Notes under the pieces: model-generated
Seen by the model: the letters and a program-made list of their open reading frames with translations, nothing else
Database searches by the model: none
Told to the model about the DNA's origin: nothing
From: an uncultured Eubacteriales bacterium
GTDB taxonomy: Bacteria > Bacillota > Clostridia > Oscillospirales > CAG-272
DNA: 64,000 nt
NCBI GenBank assembly: GCA_963614875.1
Contig: CAVEFC010000003.1
Span: 756-64,755, forward strand
Direction: 5' to 3'
Shown here: one piece after another, positions 1 to 9,263 of the stretch
How positions within the stretch are numbered: position 1 is the first letter of the stretch
Layout: each line of letters begins with the position of its first letter
Position numbers and translations under genes: made by a program

Positions 1-74
1 ACCGCATTTTTCATTCTTTCGGTAAGATCCGAAACGACTTTTTTCTTTTGTTCAAGAACGCTTGCACTTGGCAT
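1..74 (-). CDS. rplJ: 50S ribosomal protein L10, N-terminal fragment; the gene continues beyond the left edge of the window
   Basis: Too short for the ORF track. Manual minus-strand translation from the ATG at 74..72 gives MPSASVLEQKKKVVSDLTERMKNA, a typical L10 N-terminus. A GGAG lies upstream, and a structured leader precedes it. Confidence 0.75.
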   Translation of the reverse strand, partial: MPSASVLEQKKKVVSDLTERMKNA

Positions 75-257
75 AAAGTTTTTCACTCCTTTCAATATAA
101 ATAAAAGAAAAGCCAAGCTTTTTCCGCAAATAAATGCGGTAATAAAAAAATCTTTTCCGCTATCCAAAGAAAACGGAAAAGACATAAAAAAGCATTTTTA
201 TTATCTTTCCTCGGCAGGGAAGCTCAGCTTTTACAAAACCTGCTGTCTTAGGATCGC
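75..257 (-). promoter_or_regulatory. L10 (rplJ) leader-like 5' UTR with an intrinsic attenuator hairpin
   Basis: About 180 nt lie between the predicted TSS and the rplJ ATG. The hairpin CTTTTCCGC...GCGGAAAAG (152..181) is followed on the minus strand by a U-run (144..150). A second hairpin, CCGCA...TGCGG, sits at 124..139. This fits the Firmicute L10 autoregulatory leader concept. It was not verified with a covariance model. Confidence 0.5.
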
Positions 258-263
258 TTGATT

Positions 264-292
264 ATGATATCACAGATATAAATATTTGTCAA
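264..292 (-). promoter_or_regulatory. sigmaA-type promoter for rplJ
   Basis: On the minus strand: TTGACA (292..287), a 17-nt spacer, then TATCAT (269..264). The -35 element overlaps the birA stop codon. Confidence 0.5.
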
Positions 293-1023
293 GACTTTTT
301 TACGGTTTTTACGGAAATTTCACCCGAGCTCAGAATATCATAATTGCCGTCGGAAAGCTTTACTCCGAGCGTGCCGTCGGGAAAAAGCTTATCTGCCGTG
401 CCGATATATGCTTTGCCGTTTTTTTCATATGTTATTTCTTTACCGAGCGTATAGCTGTTTTCGGCGCAATATTTTATTATGCTTTCCGCGGATTCGTTTA
501 CTGCGAGGCGGAGCCGGTTTATTATATCCGCCGCAAGAAAATTCAGCTCCGTATCCGAGCATATCGCGGCGGCGGTCCGACGCAGGTCGTCGGGGAAGAC
601 TGTTTCTCTTACGTTTATTCCTATTCCGACGACATATGCGTCGCCTGCGCGCAGAGCAAGTATGCCGCAGACTTTTTTGTCGGAAAGGTAAAGATCGTTT
701 ATCCATTTTACAGTGACGGGCGCGCAGGCAGCCGCGCGTACCGCGCGGCAGACCGCCGCCGCGGCTGCACTTGTTATAAGCTCCGCCGGCAGTAACGGAT
801 TGCGGATTATCACACTTAAATATATTCCGCCGTCATAGCTGAAAAAATGTCTGTCGCCCCTGCCGTGACCGCCTGTCTGAATTTTTGCGATATATGTCGT
901 TCCGTCGGGAGCGCCGTCCAAAGCCGCTTTTTTGGCAAGATCGTTTGTCGAAGGCGTTTCGTTCAGCGCGATTATATTACAGCCCGTAAGCTTTTCAATA
1001 TATTTTTTGTCGGGATAAATCAT
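289..1023 (-). CDS. birA: biotin--[acetyl-CoA-carboxylase] ligase (group I, no HTH domain)
   Basis: 244-aa ORF. It has the GGHGRGDR (GRGR-type) biotin-ligase motif and the KWINDLY...KKVCGIL core. Its start lies 2 nt after the mnmE stop. Confidence 0.8.
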   Translation of the reverse strand: MIYPDKKYIEKLTGCNIIALNETPSTNDLAKKAALDGAPDGTTYIAKIQTGGHGRGDRHFFSYDGGIYLSVIIRNPLLPAELITSAAAAAVCRAVRAAACAPVTVKWINDLYLSDKKVCGILALRAGDAYVVGIGINVRETVFPDDLRRTAAAICSDTELNFLAADIINRLRLAVNESAESIIKYCAENSYTLGKEITYEKNGKAYIGTADKLFPDGTLGVKLSDGNYDILSSGEISVKTVKKS

Positions 1024-1025
1024 AT

Positions 1026-2417
1026 TTATTTACCTACACAGAATTTCGAAAAGATATCGTCAACGATTTCTATTCCCACACGTCTGCCGTCAAGCTCGCC
1101 GAGAGCGCCCATCGCGCCTTCAAGCTCCGCGCCGGATATATCGACGCCGAAAGTATCCGCCGCCGAAAGCGCGTTTTCTACGCATATCAGAGCCTCACAC
1201 ACCTTTGCATACTGACGTGCGTTTGTGATTATTGCGTTTTCTCCCGAGCCTATGCTTCCGCAGTTGAAAAGACGGTTTACCGCCTCCGATATAATATCGC
1301 GCGATGACTGCTCTTTTGCCGAAAGCGTGATAATTTCGTCAAACGCGCCGCTTAAAGCGGAGATATCGGCGGCTTTTTTCAAATCGTTTTTGTTTAGCAC
1401 GGCTATTGTCGCCGCACCGAGCGAGCGATTTTTCTTTGCGGCGGAGATTACTCTTTCGTCGTTTGCGTCAAACGGCTTTGAAATATCGAATACGGCTATT
1501 ATCAGCTCGCAGGTGTCCAGCTTCTCGAGCGCACGATCAACGCCGACGGCTTCTATTTTGTCGTCTGTTTCGCGTATTCCGGCTGTGTCCGATATCAGAA
1601 GCGTTGCGTTGCCGCATACCACCTGCTCGGTGATTATATCGCGCGTTGTGCCGGCAATGTCCGTAACTATGGCGCGTTCTTTTCCGCACAGAAGATTGAG
1701 AAGCGTCGATTTTCCGGTGTTGGGCTTTCCGCAGAGAACCGTCCCGATGCCTTCAACCACGGCGTGACCTGTTTTGTACGAATCGCGAAGCGCAGTGAGC
1801 TTGTCCCTTACGCTTATGATTGCCGCCTTCATTTCCTCCGGAGAAACGGGAGAAAGTCCTTCGTCGGGGAAGTCCGTTTCGGCATAAACGGCGGAAAGCG
1901 CCGTTTTGATATCTTCATAGATTTCTTTTATTCCGGCGGCGAGTCTTCCGTCAACGTTTGCGCGCGACAGCCTGAGCGCCGCGTGACTTTTTGCGCTTAT
2001 TATTTCGCCTATGGCTTCGGCTTGCGAAAGCGAAAGCTTTCCCGCAGAGAACGCGCGGCGTGTAAATTCGCCCGGCCCTGCCGGTACGGCGCCGCATTCT
2101 ATGGCGCGGTCAAGCACCTCGCCGGATATGATAATTCCGCCGTGACAGCTTATTTCAACGGTATCTTCGCCCGTAAACGATTTCGGAGCGCGGAACACCG
2201 TGACAACGGCTGTGTCAATTACCGTGCCGTCGCCGTCCGTTATGCGACAGGGAAGCGCGGTGTTTGCGTCCATTGCGGAAACCGCTTTTTTGTAAGGCTT
2301 TACGAATTTATCGGCTATGGAAAGAGAATCTTTTCCCGATATGCGTATTACGGCAATTCCTCCGCTGCCTTTCGGCGTCGATATCGCGGCTATTGATGAC
2401 GAAAACATAGAATACAT
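1026..2417 (-). CDS. mnmE: tRNA modification GTPase MnmE
   Basis: 463 aa. N-terminal TIAAISTPKGSGGIAVIRISG motif, G-domain GKPNTGKSTLLN and DTAG, and the C-terminal CVGK end typical of MnmE/TrmE. Confidence 0.95.
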   Translation of the reverse strand: MYSMFSSSIAAISTPKGSGGIAVIRISGKDSLSIADKFVKPYKKAVSAMDANTALPCRITDGDGTVIDTAVVTVFRAPKSFTGEDTVEISCHGGIIISGEVLDRAIECGAVPAGPGEFTRRAFSAGKLSLSQAEAIGEIISAKSHAALRLSRANVDGRLAAGIKEIYEDIKTALSAVYAETDFPDEGLSPVSPEEMKAAIISVRDKLTALRDSYKTGHAVVEGIGTVLCGKPNTGKSTLLNLLCGKERAIVTDIAGTTRDIITEQVVCGNATLLISDTAGIRETDDKIEAVGVDRALEKLDTCELIIAVFDISKPFDANDERVISAAKKNRSLGAATIAVLNKNDLKKAADISALSGAFDEIITLSAKEQSSRDIISEAVNRLFNCGSIGSGENAIITNARQYAKVCEALICVENALSAADTFGVDISGAELEGAMGALGELDGRRVGIEIVDDIFSKFCVGK

Positions 2418-2471
2418 AATATTCTCCCATTTTGAAAACGAGGCGGAATATCCGCCTCGTTTTTTGATTTG

Positions 2472-3371
2472 TTATGACTGTGGATTGTTGCTTGAAAATT
2501 CTTTCAGCTTTGCGAAATAAGCGTCAAGATCCTTTGCCTTTTCTATTTTTCTGGGCTGAGGACGCGGCTTGTCAGCCGGACGCTTGTAGACCGGTCTTTC
2601 CTCATTGCGCGGAGCAGATGTGCGCTCGGAGGATTTTCTTCCTCCTCTGCCGCCCCTGCGATTGCTTCTGCGGTCTTTTCTTTCGCCGCGCGACTGCTGC
2701 GGCTCGAATTTCGCGGCGTTTTCTTCCGTCGGCTTTTCTGTGCCTTCAAGATAGATAACAACGCGTCTGTTGCCTTCCGCGCCAACGGAATTCGTGGATA
2801 CGCCGGCAATGCCCTGAACCTGAGCGTGAATTATTCTGCGCTCGTAAGCGTTCATCGGCTCAAGAGTGACGCTTCTGCCGGTCTTTTTGACCTTCTGCGC
2901 CATTCTGTCGGCAAGAGCGCGGAGCGTCTGCTCTCTTTTTTCTCTGTAATTTTCTATATCTACCGATATGCGCGTGTATTTGCGTTCGTCGGTTTCCTTT
3001 TTGTTTGCGGCAAGATTGACAAGATACTGAAAAGCATCGAGCGTATCGCCGTGATGACCGATGAGCGTTCCGGCGTCGGCTCCCGCTATTTCCATAAGCG
3101 CCTCGCCGCTGCCGTCGTCGTGAATTATAACCTCAGCGTCAAGACAAAGATCCTTTATCAGTGTCTGAGCGAAGCTTCTTGCCGCTTCGAGAGGCTTGAA
3201 TACATACATTACCTTTACCGTTGCGGGTGTGCTGCCCATTCCGAGAAAGCCTCTTTTCGCCTCCTCGATCACCTCATACACGACGCCGTTTTCGTCCGTG
3301 CCGAGCTGTGCGGCACCGTTTCTGACGGCTTCCTCAACGGTTTTTGCCTGAACCGTTATTTCTTTTTTCAT
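2472..3371 (-). CDS. jag: RNA-binding protein Jag/KhpB (Jag_N, KH and R3H domains) with a basic C-terminal tail
   Basis: 299 aa. Jag_N-like start (VEEAVRNGAAQLG), an R3H region (LEPMNAYERRIIH), and the conserved position between yidC and mnmE. Confidence 0.85.
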   Translation of the reverse strand: MKKEITVQAKTVEEAVRNGAAQLGTDENGVVYEVIEEAKRGFLGMGSTPATVKVMYVFKPLEAARSFAQTLIKDLCLDAEVIIHDDGSGEALMEIAGADAGTLIGHHGDTLDAFQYLVNLAANKKETDERKYTRISVDIENYREKREQTLRALADRMAQKVKKTGRSVTLEPMNAYERRIIHAQVQGIAGVSTNSVGAEGNRRVVIYLEGTEKPTEENAAKFEPQQSRGERKDRRSNRRGGRGGRKSSERTSAPRNEERPVYKRPADKPRPQPRKIEKAKDLDAYFAKLKEFSSNNPQS

Positions 3372-3412
3372 TTTGTGAATCTGTTCCTTCTTATAAAGAT
3401 AGATAAAATTTC

Positions 3413-4603
3413 TTATTTGTTTTTCTTTTTCGAGCCGCTGTCCTTGGGCTTTGCGGGCTCAATTACGCTGCTGTGACCTTCTGCTTCGTCGTCATCGTCG
3501 TCTTCCTCCTCCGTTACGGGAGCGGGGATTTCGTCATCGTCGAAGTCCTCAAGATAAAGCGAACGCTCGGGCATAGCCTCCGCAAACGACTGCTCCTTGC
3601 CGTAGGTTTTTCCTTTAAGCTCGGCTTCCGCAGCCTTGTAATCCTCTTCCGTGAACACGGGAAGCGGCATAGCCTTATAAAGAATGAACTGCTGAAGCAC
3701 GCCGAGAACGGTGTTGAATATCCAGTAAAGTCCGAGCGCGGCGGGAGCGATGAACGCAATCCACAGCGACATAAGCGGAGCGAACCAGTCCATAAGCTTC
3801 ATAGAGCGGTTTGTCTGCTCGGTCTGCATGGGCTGATATGTGAACTTTCTTGTAAGCTTCATCGAAGCAAACGAAGCGCCGAAGTTGAGAATCGGAATAA
3901 GGAAAAGCATAAATCCGGCAAGGGATTTGAATGCCGTTTTGAAGCTGGGAACTCCCGCAAGGAAGTTTTCCATTCCGAAAAGGTCGAAATTGGGAAGTCC
4001 TTTTGCAAGGGCGGAGCTGAGCGATTCGGCAAAAGCCGACGCATTTGCCGAATAGGTTTCGGAAGCCTCCGCAAACGCTTTGAAGCCGTTGACAAATTCG
4101 GTGAGAGCCGAATCCTTGAGCTTTGCAAGCTCGCCGAGAAGCGATATTTCCGTATATCTTCCCGTGAAGACCAATCCGAGACCGCCGTTTTCCACGGACG
4201 CGGTTGAAAAATCCTTAAGCGCGTTTACAAGCGAAGCGTCCATACCTACAACGTGGCGGAGCGGGTAAATGATTACCTGATACAAAAGCATTATTATTAC
4301 GAGCTGAATAAGCATGGGAAGGCATCCGCCGGCGGGATTGTAGCCCTCCGCCTGATACATTTCCATTATTTCGCTCTGCATTTTCTGCTGAGTTTTCTGA
4401 TCGTTTCTGCCCTTGTATTTCTTTCTGATAGCCTCTTCCTTCGGCTTCATTTTAGCTTGGCGTATAGCATTTTTCTGTTGCCTTATACCGAAAGGCAGAA
4501 GTATGAGTTTTATCATTACGGCGAACAGGAGAATCCCGAGAAGGTAGCTACCGCCGCAGATATTCGAGAAGAACCCGAGTATCGTTCCAAAAAATTTGTA
4601 CAT
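3413..4603 (-). CDS. yidC: membrane protein insertase YidC/SpoIIIJ family
   Basis: 396 aa and polytopic. It contains the KMKPKEEAIRKKYKGRNDQKTQQKMQSEIMEMYQAEGYNPAGGCLP motif characteristic of YidC/Oxa1, and sits in the rnpA-yidD-yidC context. Confidence 0.9.
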   Translation of the reverse strand: MYKFFGTILGFFSNICGGSYLLGILLFAVMIKLILLPFGIRQQKNAIRQAKMKPKEEAIRKKYKGRNDQKTQQKMQSEIMEMYQAEGYNPAGGCLPMLIQLVIIMLLYQVIIYPLRHVVGMDASLVNALKDFSTASVENGGLGLVFTGRYTEISLLGELAKLKDSALTEFVNGFKAFAEASETYSANASAFAESLSSALAKGLPNFDLFGMENFLAGVPSFKTAFKSLAGFMLFLIPILNFGASFASMKLTRKFTYQPMQTEQTNRSMKLMDWFAPLMSLWIAFIAPAALGLYWIFNTVLGVLQQFILYKAMPLPVFTEEDYKAAEAELKGKTYGKEQSFAEAMPERSLYLEDFDDDEIPAPVTEEEDDDDDEAEGHSSVIEPAKPKDSGSKKKNK

Positions 4604-4621
4604 TAAAATATTCTCCTTGAT

Positions 4622-4876
4622 TTAGTTTGCGTCTTCGGAGTTATCTTTGATTTTTTTGCGCTTTCTTTCGGGAACGGGATCGTACCCTCCGCGACCGAAA
4701 GGATTGCAGCGCAAAATACGCCATATTGTCAGTCCGAGACCGCATATAAAGCCCCATTCGCGAAACGCTTCGATTGCGTACTGCGAACAGGTCGGCGAAA
4801 AACGACAGCACGGCGGCTTGAGCGGAGAAATAAGCTTCTGATACAGCTTTACGAAAAAGATGCCTATATGCTTCAT
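4622..4876 (-). CDS. yidD: membrane protein insertion efficiency factor YidD
   Basis: 84 aa with the [14 protein letters not shown]...RCNPF..GGYDPVP signature. Confidence 0.92.
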   Translation of the reverse strand: MKHIGIFFVKLYQKLISPLKPPCCRFSPTCSQYAIEAFREWGFICGLGLTIWRILRCNPFGRGGYDPVPERKRKKIKDNSEDAN

Positions 4877-5262
4877 TTCCGCTCACCCGGGCAAATCATT
4901 TGCAGCTTTCCGAAAGTGTAAAGCAGGTCGGAGTAGATATCGGTCGATTTTACGTCCGCCGCCGACTGCTTTGCCGCTATGACGACAAGAAAGCCCTTTT
5001 TTATTTCGTTTTCCGTTTCGAGTCTGCGATACGCGGCGCGGATTATCCGCTTTATGCGCGATCGCACCACCGCTCCTCCCATTTTTTTTGAAACCGCAAG
5101 TCCTACGCGGTTTATCTTTTTCTTGAGCGGGTTTGCGCGTGCAAGACGCGCGGCGTGGTAATCGGTCAGAACATATACCACGATATGTCTGCCAAAGGCT
5201 TTCTGACCTTTGGCATAAGCCTTTTTATAAAGGTGATTTTCGGAAATCGCTGTGGCTTTCAC
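4873..5262 (-). CDS. rnpA: ribonuclease P protein component
   Basis: 129 aa and basic, located downstream of rpmH. GTG start with GGAGG 5 nt upstream. 4-nt overlap with yidD. Confidence 0.88.
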   Translation of the reverse strand: MKATAISENHLYKKAYAKGQKAFGRHIVVYVLTDYHAARLARANPLKKKINRVGLAVSKKMGGAVVRSRIKRIIRAAYRRLETENEIKKGFLVVIAAKQSAADVKSTDIYSDLLYTFGKLQMICPGERK

Positions 5263-5352
5263 ACAAACCTCCGGATGCGAAAGGCGGAAAAAGCTTTCCG
5301 CTAAAAAATTAAAGCCTATGTCAAGCCACAGGCTTTTTTGTTGATTTACAGA

Positions 5353-5487
5353 TCAATACGAAAGGCGAGCTCTGCCTTTTGCGCGTCTTCTTTTGAGTAC
5401 CTTACGACCGTTTGCCGTACGCATTCTTTTTCTGAAGCCGTGCTCCTTTTCTCTCTGTATCTTTTTGGGCTGATAAGTTCTGAGCAT
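5353..5487 (-). CDS. rpmH: 50S ribosomal protein L34
   Basis: Below the ORF-track size cutoff. Manual translation gives [44 protein letters not shown] (44 aa). A GAGGAGG RBS lies upstream. Confidence 0.95.
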   Translation of the reverse strand: MLRTYQPKKIQREKEHGFRKRMRTANGRKVLKRRRAKGRARLSY

Positions 5488-5682
5488 TATACTGCACCTC
5501 CTCTGCGGAAATTATAGCGGCGTCTGCCGGACTTGGGCATATTGCCACAATTACAAACTTCATTATACACGCAAAAACCGTGTTTTGTCAATAGCTATTT
5601 GCAGTTTTCTGCGTTTTTTTGCGGAACGTAAATCAAATAAAGCGAATATCATAAAAAAGACAAATATATTACGGAGGGTAAA

Positions 5683-6252
5683 ATGGCGATAAAAATATTT
5701 ATAGATCAGGGGCATAATCCCGAAAATCCCAACGCGGGCGCGGAGGGAAGCGGATATCGCGAGCAGGATCTCGTTTACGAAATAGGCGTAAGGCTGGCGG
5801 CGCTGTTGAATGCAAATCCGGATTTTGAAGCAAGGCTTTCGCGGAATTCTCCGGATGAAATTCTCGGAACGAGCGTGGCGTCAAGTCTTGCCGCAAGAGT
5901 AAACGCGGCAAACGGCTGGGGCGCGGACTGGTTTATATCGATACACGCAAACGCTTCCGATATTCCGACGGCGTCGGGGACGGAGGGCTTTGTCTATTCG
6001 ACATCGTCCGAAGCATATCCGCTTGCGGTCGATATGGTTGCGGGAATAAGCGAGGCTGCCGGAATTGCGGACAGAGGAGTATCCGCGCGGCCGAGCCTTT
6101 ATGTGCTGAGAAAGACAAAAATGCCGGCAACTCTTATAGAAACGGGATTTATAACCACGCAGTCGGAGGCGGAGCTGCTCAAAAATTCCCCCGACGTTTT
6201 CGCCGGAGGAATGTACAGCGGTATTCTTAAATTTTTCGGGCTTGGTCGCTGA
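5683..6252 (+). CDS. N-acetylmuramoyl-L-alanine amidase (Amidase_3 family), no obvious signal peptide
   Basis: 189 aa. The IFIDQGHN, ISIHANA and LIETGFIT motifs are typical of Amidase_3. GGAGGG RBS. Confidence 0.8.
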   Translation: MAIKIFIDQGHNPENPNAGAEGSGYREQDLVYEIGVRLAALLNANPDFEARLSRNSPDEILGTSVASSLAARVNAANGWGADWFISIHANASDIPTASGTEGFVYSTSSEAYPLAVDMVAGISEAAGIADRGVSARPSLYVLRKTKMPATLIETGFITTQSEAELLKNSPDVFAGGMYSGILKFFGLGR

Positions 6253-7207
6253 TGGGGGATTTTTCCGCTTCGTCCGGCTCTGCCTGCTCGGACGACGGAG
6301 CCGACATCGGAATCGGCTCTTCGTCTGAAAATGTTTTGCCGTAATACCTGTAAATAAGCTCAACCACCGCAAATCCGAGCAAAAATCCGCAGCAGATATC
6401 GGTGAGGTAATGCGCTCCGCAGAAAAGCCGCGATATTCCCATTATCACAGCCCACGCCATAGCCGAAAAATATATCGCGCGGCGACGTTGCTTTGTTTCG
6501 GGCGCATTGCCCAGCCACAGCGGAAGGAGCATTAAAAGCGCGGCGTTGGCGGTGTGTCCCGACGGGAAAGAGTGCGAGCCGGAGAAAAAGTTCGGTCTGT
6601 ACCACGCCGTAAAGCCGTCAAGCGAGTTCGCTTCGACAAGCTCGGACAGGCGGACGCGTCCCCATATAATCTTCAGCGTCGTTGCGGATATAAGAAGCAT
6701 CGCTACGCCTATCGCGGTAAAGAGCGCTGCGCCGAACAACTTGTGTATCGTTTTTTTCGGAATGTTTTCGATTACGAACCGCAGCAGAAACGTAAGGGTA
6801 AGCGTCATAAAAAGTATTATAAAGCGGTGACCGATATAAAGCTTTCCGCCGGCGAAAAATTCTATGGTTTTACTGCTTCCGTAAAGCATAAAAGCCGCCG
6901 CTGTAACGGTGAAAACCCAAAAAAGAATCATTCTTGTTTTTTCTTTTACCCTGCGGCGAAGATTAAGCTCCGTTATCAGAAACGAGATTGCGCCAAGAAA
7001 AGGCGTTGTCCATCTTCCTATCAGCGCAAGAGCGAGCGCAAGCCCTCCGGGCGATATCGAATACACGCCGTCGGCGCTTTGAGTAAGCCTTGAAAGCCTG
7101 CTTGTTATCTGAAGATCATACATCGAGCCGAGAAACATTCCGGCTATGAATATCACTGCTATTACAAAGTGCAGCATCGCGCGAGGGCGCGTTATTATTT
7201 GTTTCAC
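6227..7207 (-). CDS. PAP2-family phosphatase, polytopic membrane protein
   Basis: Contains PSGHT and SRLFCGAHYLTD motifs (PAP2 C2/C3). The ORF track starts it at 7237. I prefer the GTG at 7207 because an AAAGGAGG lies about 12 nt upstream. The start remains uncertain (7207, 7177 and 7138 are all possible). Confidence 0.75.
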   Translation of the reverse strand: MKQIITRPRAMLHFVIAVIFIAGMFLGSMYDLQITSRLSRLTQSADGVYSISPGGLALALALIGRWTTPFLGAISFLITELNLRRRVKEKTRMILFWVFTVTAAAFMLYGSSKTIEFFAGGKLYIGHRFIILFMTLTLTFLLRFVIENIPKKTIHKLFGAALFTAIGVAMLLISATTLKIIWGRVRLSELVEANSLDGFTAWYRPNFFSGSHSFPSGHTANAALLMLLPLWLGNAPETKQRRRAIYFSAMAWAVIMGISRLFCGAHYLTDICCGFLLGFAVVELIYRYYGKTFSDEEPIPMSAPSSEQAEPDEAEKSPISDQARKI

Positions 7208-8060
7208 TGGGAACGGTAGCCTCCTTTTCAAATACACAGACAGCCATTTTCACAAGCATTTCGCGGAGAAGCGGCAGTCTTGACGCGGGATAAAGCCATT
7301 TTCTCAGCGGAATAAAACGCTTGTATATGGGCTTTTGTCCCGATTCCGATATTATTTCCGACGCTTTTTTCAGAGTCATTTTGTTTATGTAGCCGAGATG
7401 CTTTTCCCCGTCGGAACCGAGCTTTATTTTAAGCGAAAGCCTGCGGTCTTGGTCGGGCTTGTCGGCTGTCAGAATTTCATAAGCGCTTATCAGCGTTTTT
7501 TCACCGTACAGCATATGCACCCACGGAATGTTTATCGCGTCCGAAAGGTGCGCCCCGTAAGGATGATAATACGGCGGAAAGTTTATATAAAGTCTGCCGG
7601 ACGGTCTGAGAACGCGCATTGCCTCCGAAATTGCTTTTTTTGGATTAGCGACGTGTTCGAAAAAGTCGTTCATCATAACGACGTCAAAGCTGTCGTCGGC
7701 AAAGGGGAGCTTTGTCGCGTCGCCGCAGACATATTCAAAGCCGTCGGAAAGTCCGAGCTTTCCGGCAAGCGCGCGGGCTTTTTCTTCGTATTCGGGAACG
7801 ATATCCGTTCCCGTTACGCTTTTTGCGCCGAGCGAAAGAAAATACAGCGATTTTCCGCCCTCTCCGCACCCGACGTCAAGAACGTCTTTTCCGAGCAGAA
7901 TTTCTTCCGGCGAAAATTTCGGCGCATAGCACGACAGCGCCGCTCCTCCGCGCTCGAATTCCCACTCGCCGTAGGTTTTGCCTCCCGACGCTTCTTCATT
8001 GAAGGGATGAGAAACGGGAGCAAAACGGCGATTGAGCCTCAAAAGCGATTTCACGCTCAT
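7116..8060 (-). CDS. class I SAM-dependent methyltransferase
   Basis: 314 aa with motif I VLDVGCGEGGKS and a downstream DVVMMNDFFEH. The last roughly 35 codons overlap the PAP2 gene start and look non-conserved. Confidence 0.75.
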   Translation of the reverse strand: MSVKSLLRLNRRFAPVSHPFNEEASGGKTYGEWEFERGGAALSCYAPKFSPEEILLGKDVLDVGCGEGGKSLYFLSLGAKSVTGTDIVPEYEEKARALAGKLGLSDGFEYVCGDATKLPFADDSFDVVMMNDFFEHVANPKKAISEAMRVLRPSGRLYINFPPYYHPYGAHLSDAINIPWVHMLYGEKTLISAYEILTADKPDQDRRLSLKIKLGSDGEKHLGYINKMTLKKASEIISESGQKPIYKRFIPLRKWLYPASRLPLLREMLVKMAVCVFEKEATVPSETNNNAPSRDAALCNSSDIHSRNVSRLDV

Positions 8061-8082
8061 ATCGTTTTCCTCCCGTGAAAAA

Positions 8083-9042
8083 TTATTTTCCCGCCGCTGC
8101 CGCAGCGCCGATTATGCCCGCGTCGTTTCCGAGCAGGGCGATACGCACGTCGGTTTTCAGCGCTTTGTCCTTTGAGTAGACCTCTTTTTCGATAAGCGGA
8201 AGGAGCGGACGGAGAAGATTTTCCCTTTCTCCCGATATGCCGCCGCCTATGCAAAGCACCTCAGGCTGAAAAACGTTGAGTATGTTTGCTATTCCGCAGG
8301 CAAGATAGCCGAGATATTCCGAAAAAACCTCGATGGCGGCTTTGTCGCCTCTTTTTATTGCGGCAAAAACGGTTTTTCCGCCCACGCGGTTTACGTCTCC
8401 GTCGCAGATTTCGTGCATTATCGAGTCGGGACATTCTTCAAATTTCTTTTTCGTTTCCGAAATGAGCGCCGTCGCCGAGCAGTAGGCTTCAAAACAGCCG
8501 CGTCTGCCGCAGGTACACTGTCTGCCGTCCTTTACTATAACGGTATGACCTATTTCCGCGCCGCCGAAGGCACAGCCCGTGAGTATTTTTCCGTCTATGA
8601 TTATTCCGCTTCCGACGCCCGTGCCGAGAGTTATCGTGACGGAGGACGACGCTCCCTTTGCGGCTCCGGCAACGGCTTCTCCGTAGGCGGCGAGGTTTGC
8701 GTCGTTGCCTATCACAATGCTTGCTTTGTCAACGCCGGAGTATTCCGAAAAAAGCTTTACGAGCGGAAAATCGAAGAATTTTATATTGTTTGCGTATTCG
8801 ACTATGCCCGTGTCGGTGTTTACCGTTCCGGGACAGGCAATTCCCACGCCGTCCGCCTCGGTTATGTCAAAGCCGACCTCAGAGCAAAGCCGCTTGCAGA
8901 GCGCGACCATATCGAAGATTATTTCCTCAGCCGGACGGCTTGCAAGAGTGGGGCAGGAATCCTTTTTCACTATTTTATAATTTTCGTCAACTATTCCGAC
9001 GGCGATGTTCGTTCCGCCGAGATCGACACCGATAGAATACAT
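8083..9042 (-). CDS. glcK: ROK-family glucokinase
   Basis: 319 aa. It has GVDLGGTNIAVG, the CxCGxxGCxE zinc motif (CTCGRRGCFE) and the ROK signature. Confidence 0.88.
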   Translation of the reverse strand: MYSIGVDLGGTNIAVGIVDENYKIVKKDSCPTLASRPAEEIIFDMVALCKRLCSEVGFDITEADGVGIACPGTVNTDTGIVEYANNIKFFDFPLVKLFSEYSGVDKASIVIGNDANLAAYGEAVAGAAKGASSSVTITLGTGVGSGIIIDGKILTGCAFGGAEIGHTVIVKDGRQCTCGRRGCFEAYCSATALISETKKKFEECPDSIMHEICDGDVNRVGGKTVFAAIKRGDKAAIEVFSEYLGYLACGIANILNVFQPEVLCIGGGISGERENLLRPLLPLIEKEVYSKDKALKTDVRIALLGNDAGIIGAAAAAGK

Positions 9043-9263
9043 ATCAAATTCCCTCCGATGAATATGTAAATTAAATGTTCAATTAACATTTTACATTTGA
9101 AATGCCGATTTGTCAATAAGCGTCGGAGCTTTATTTGCCTGTAAATTGCGGTGCAACCCGAAAAATCAGCCAAAAACGTCGGTTTTGACGTCCGCTCGGT
9201 TGACAGAGCGGCATTGCCGTGTTAAAATACAAAAAGATATTCACGATTGCGGAGGAATATAAA

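Noticed and set aside
286-795. Plus-strand ORFs of 169, 102 and 70 aa overlapping birA, and comparable alternative-frame ORFs across the window.
   Set aside because: They overlap well-supported genes on the opposite strand or in another frame. Their composition is Arg/Cys/Phe-rich, typical of out-of-frame translation, and they have no RBSs.
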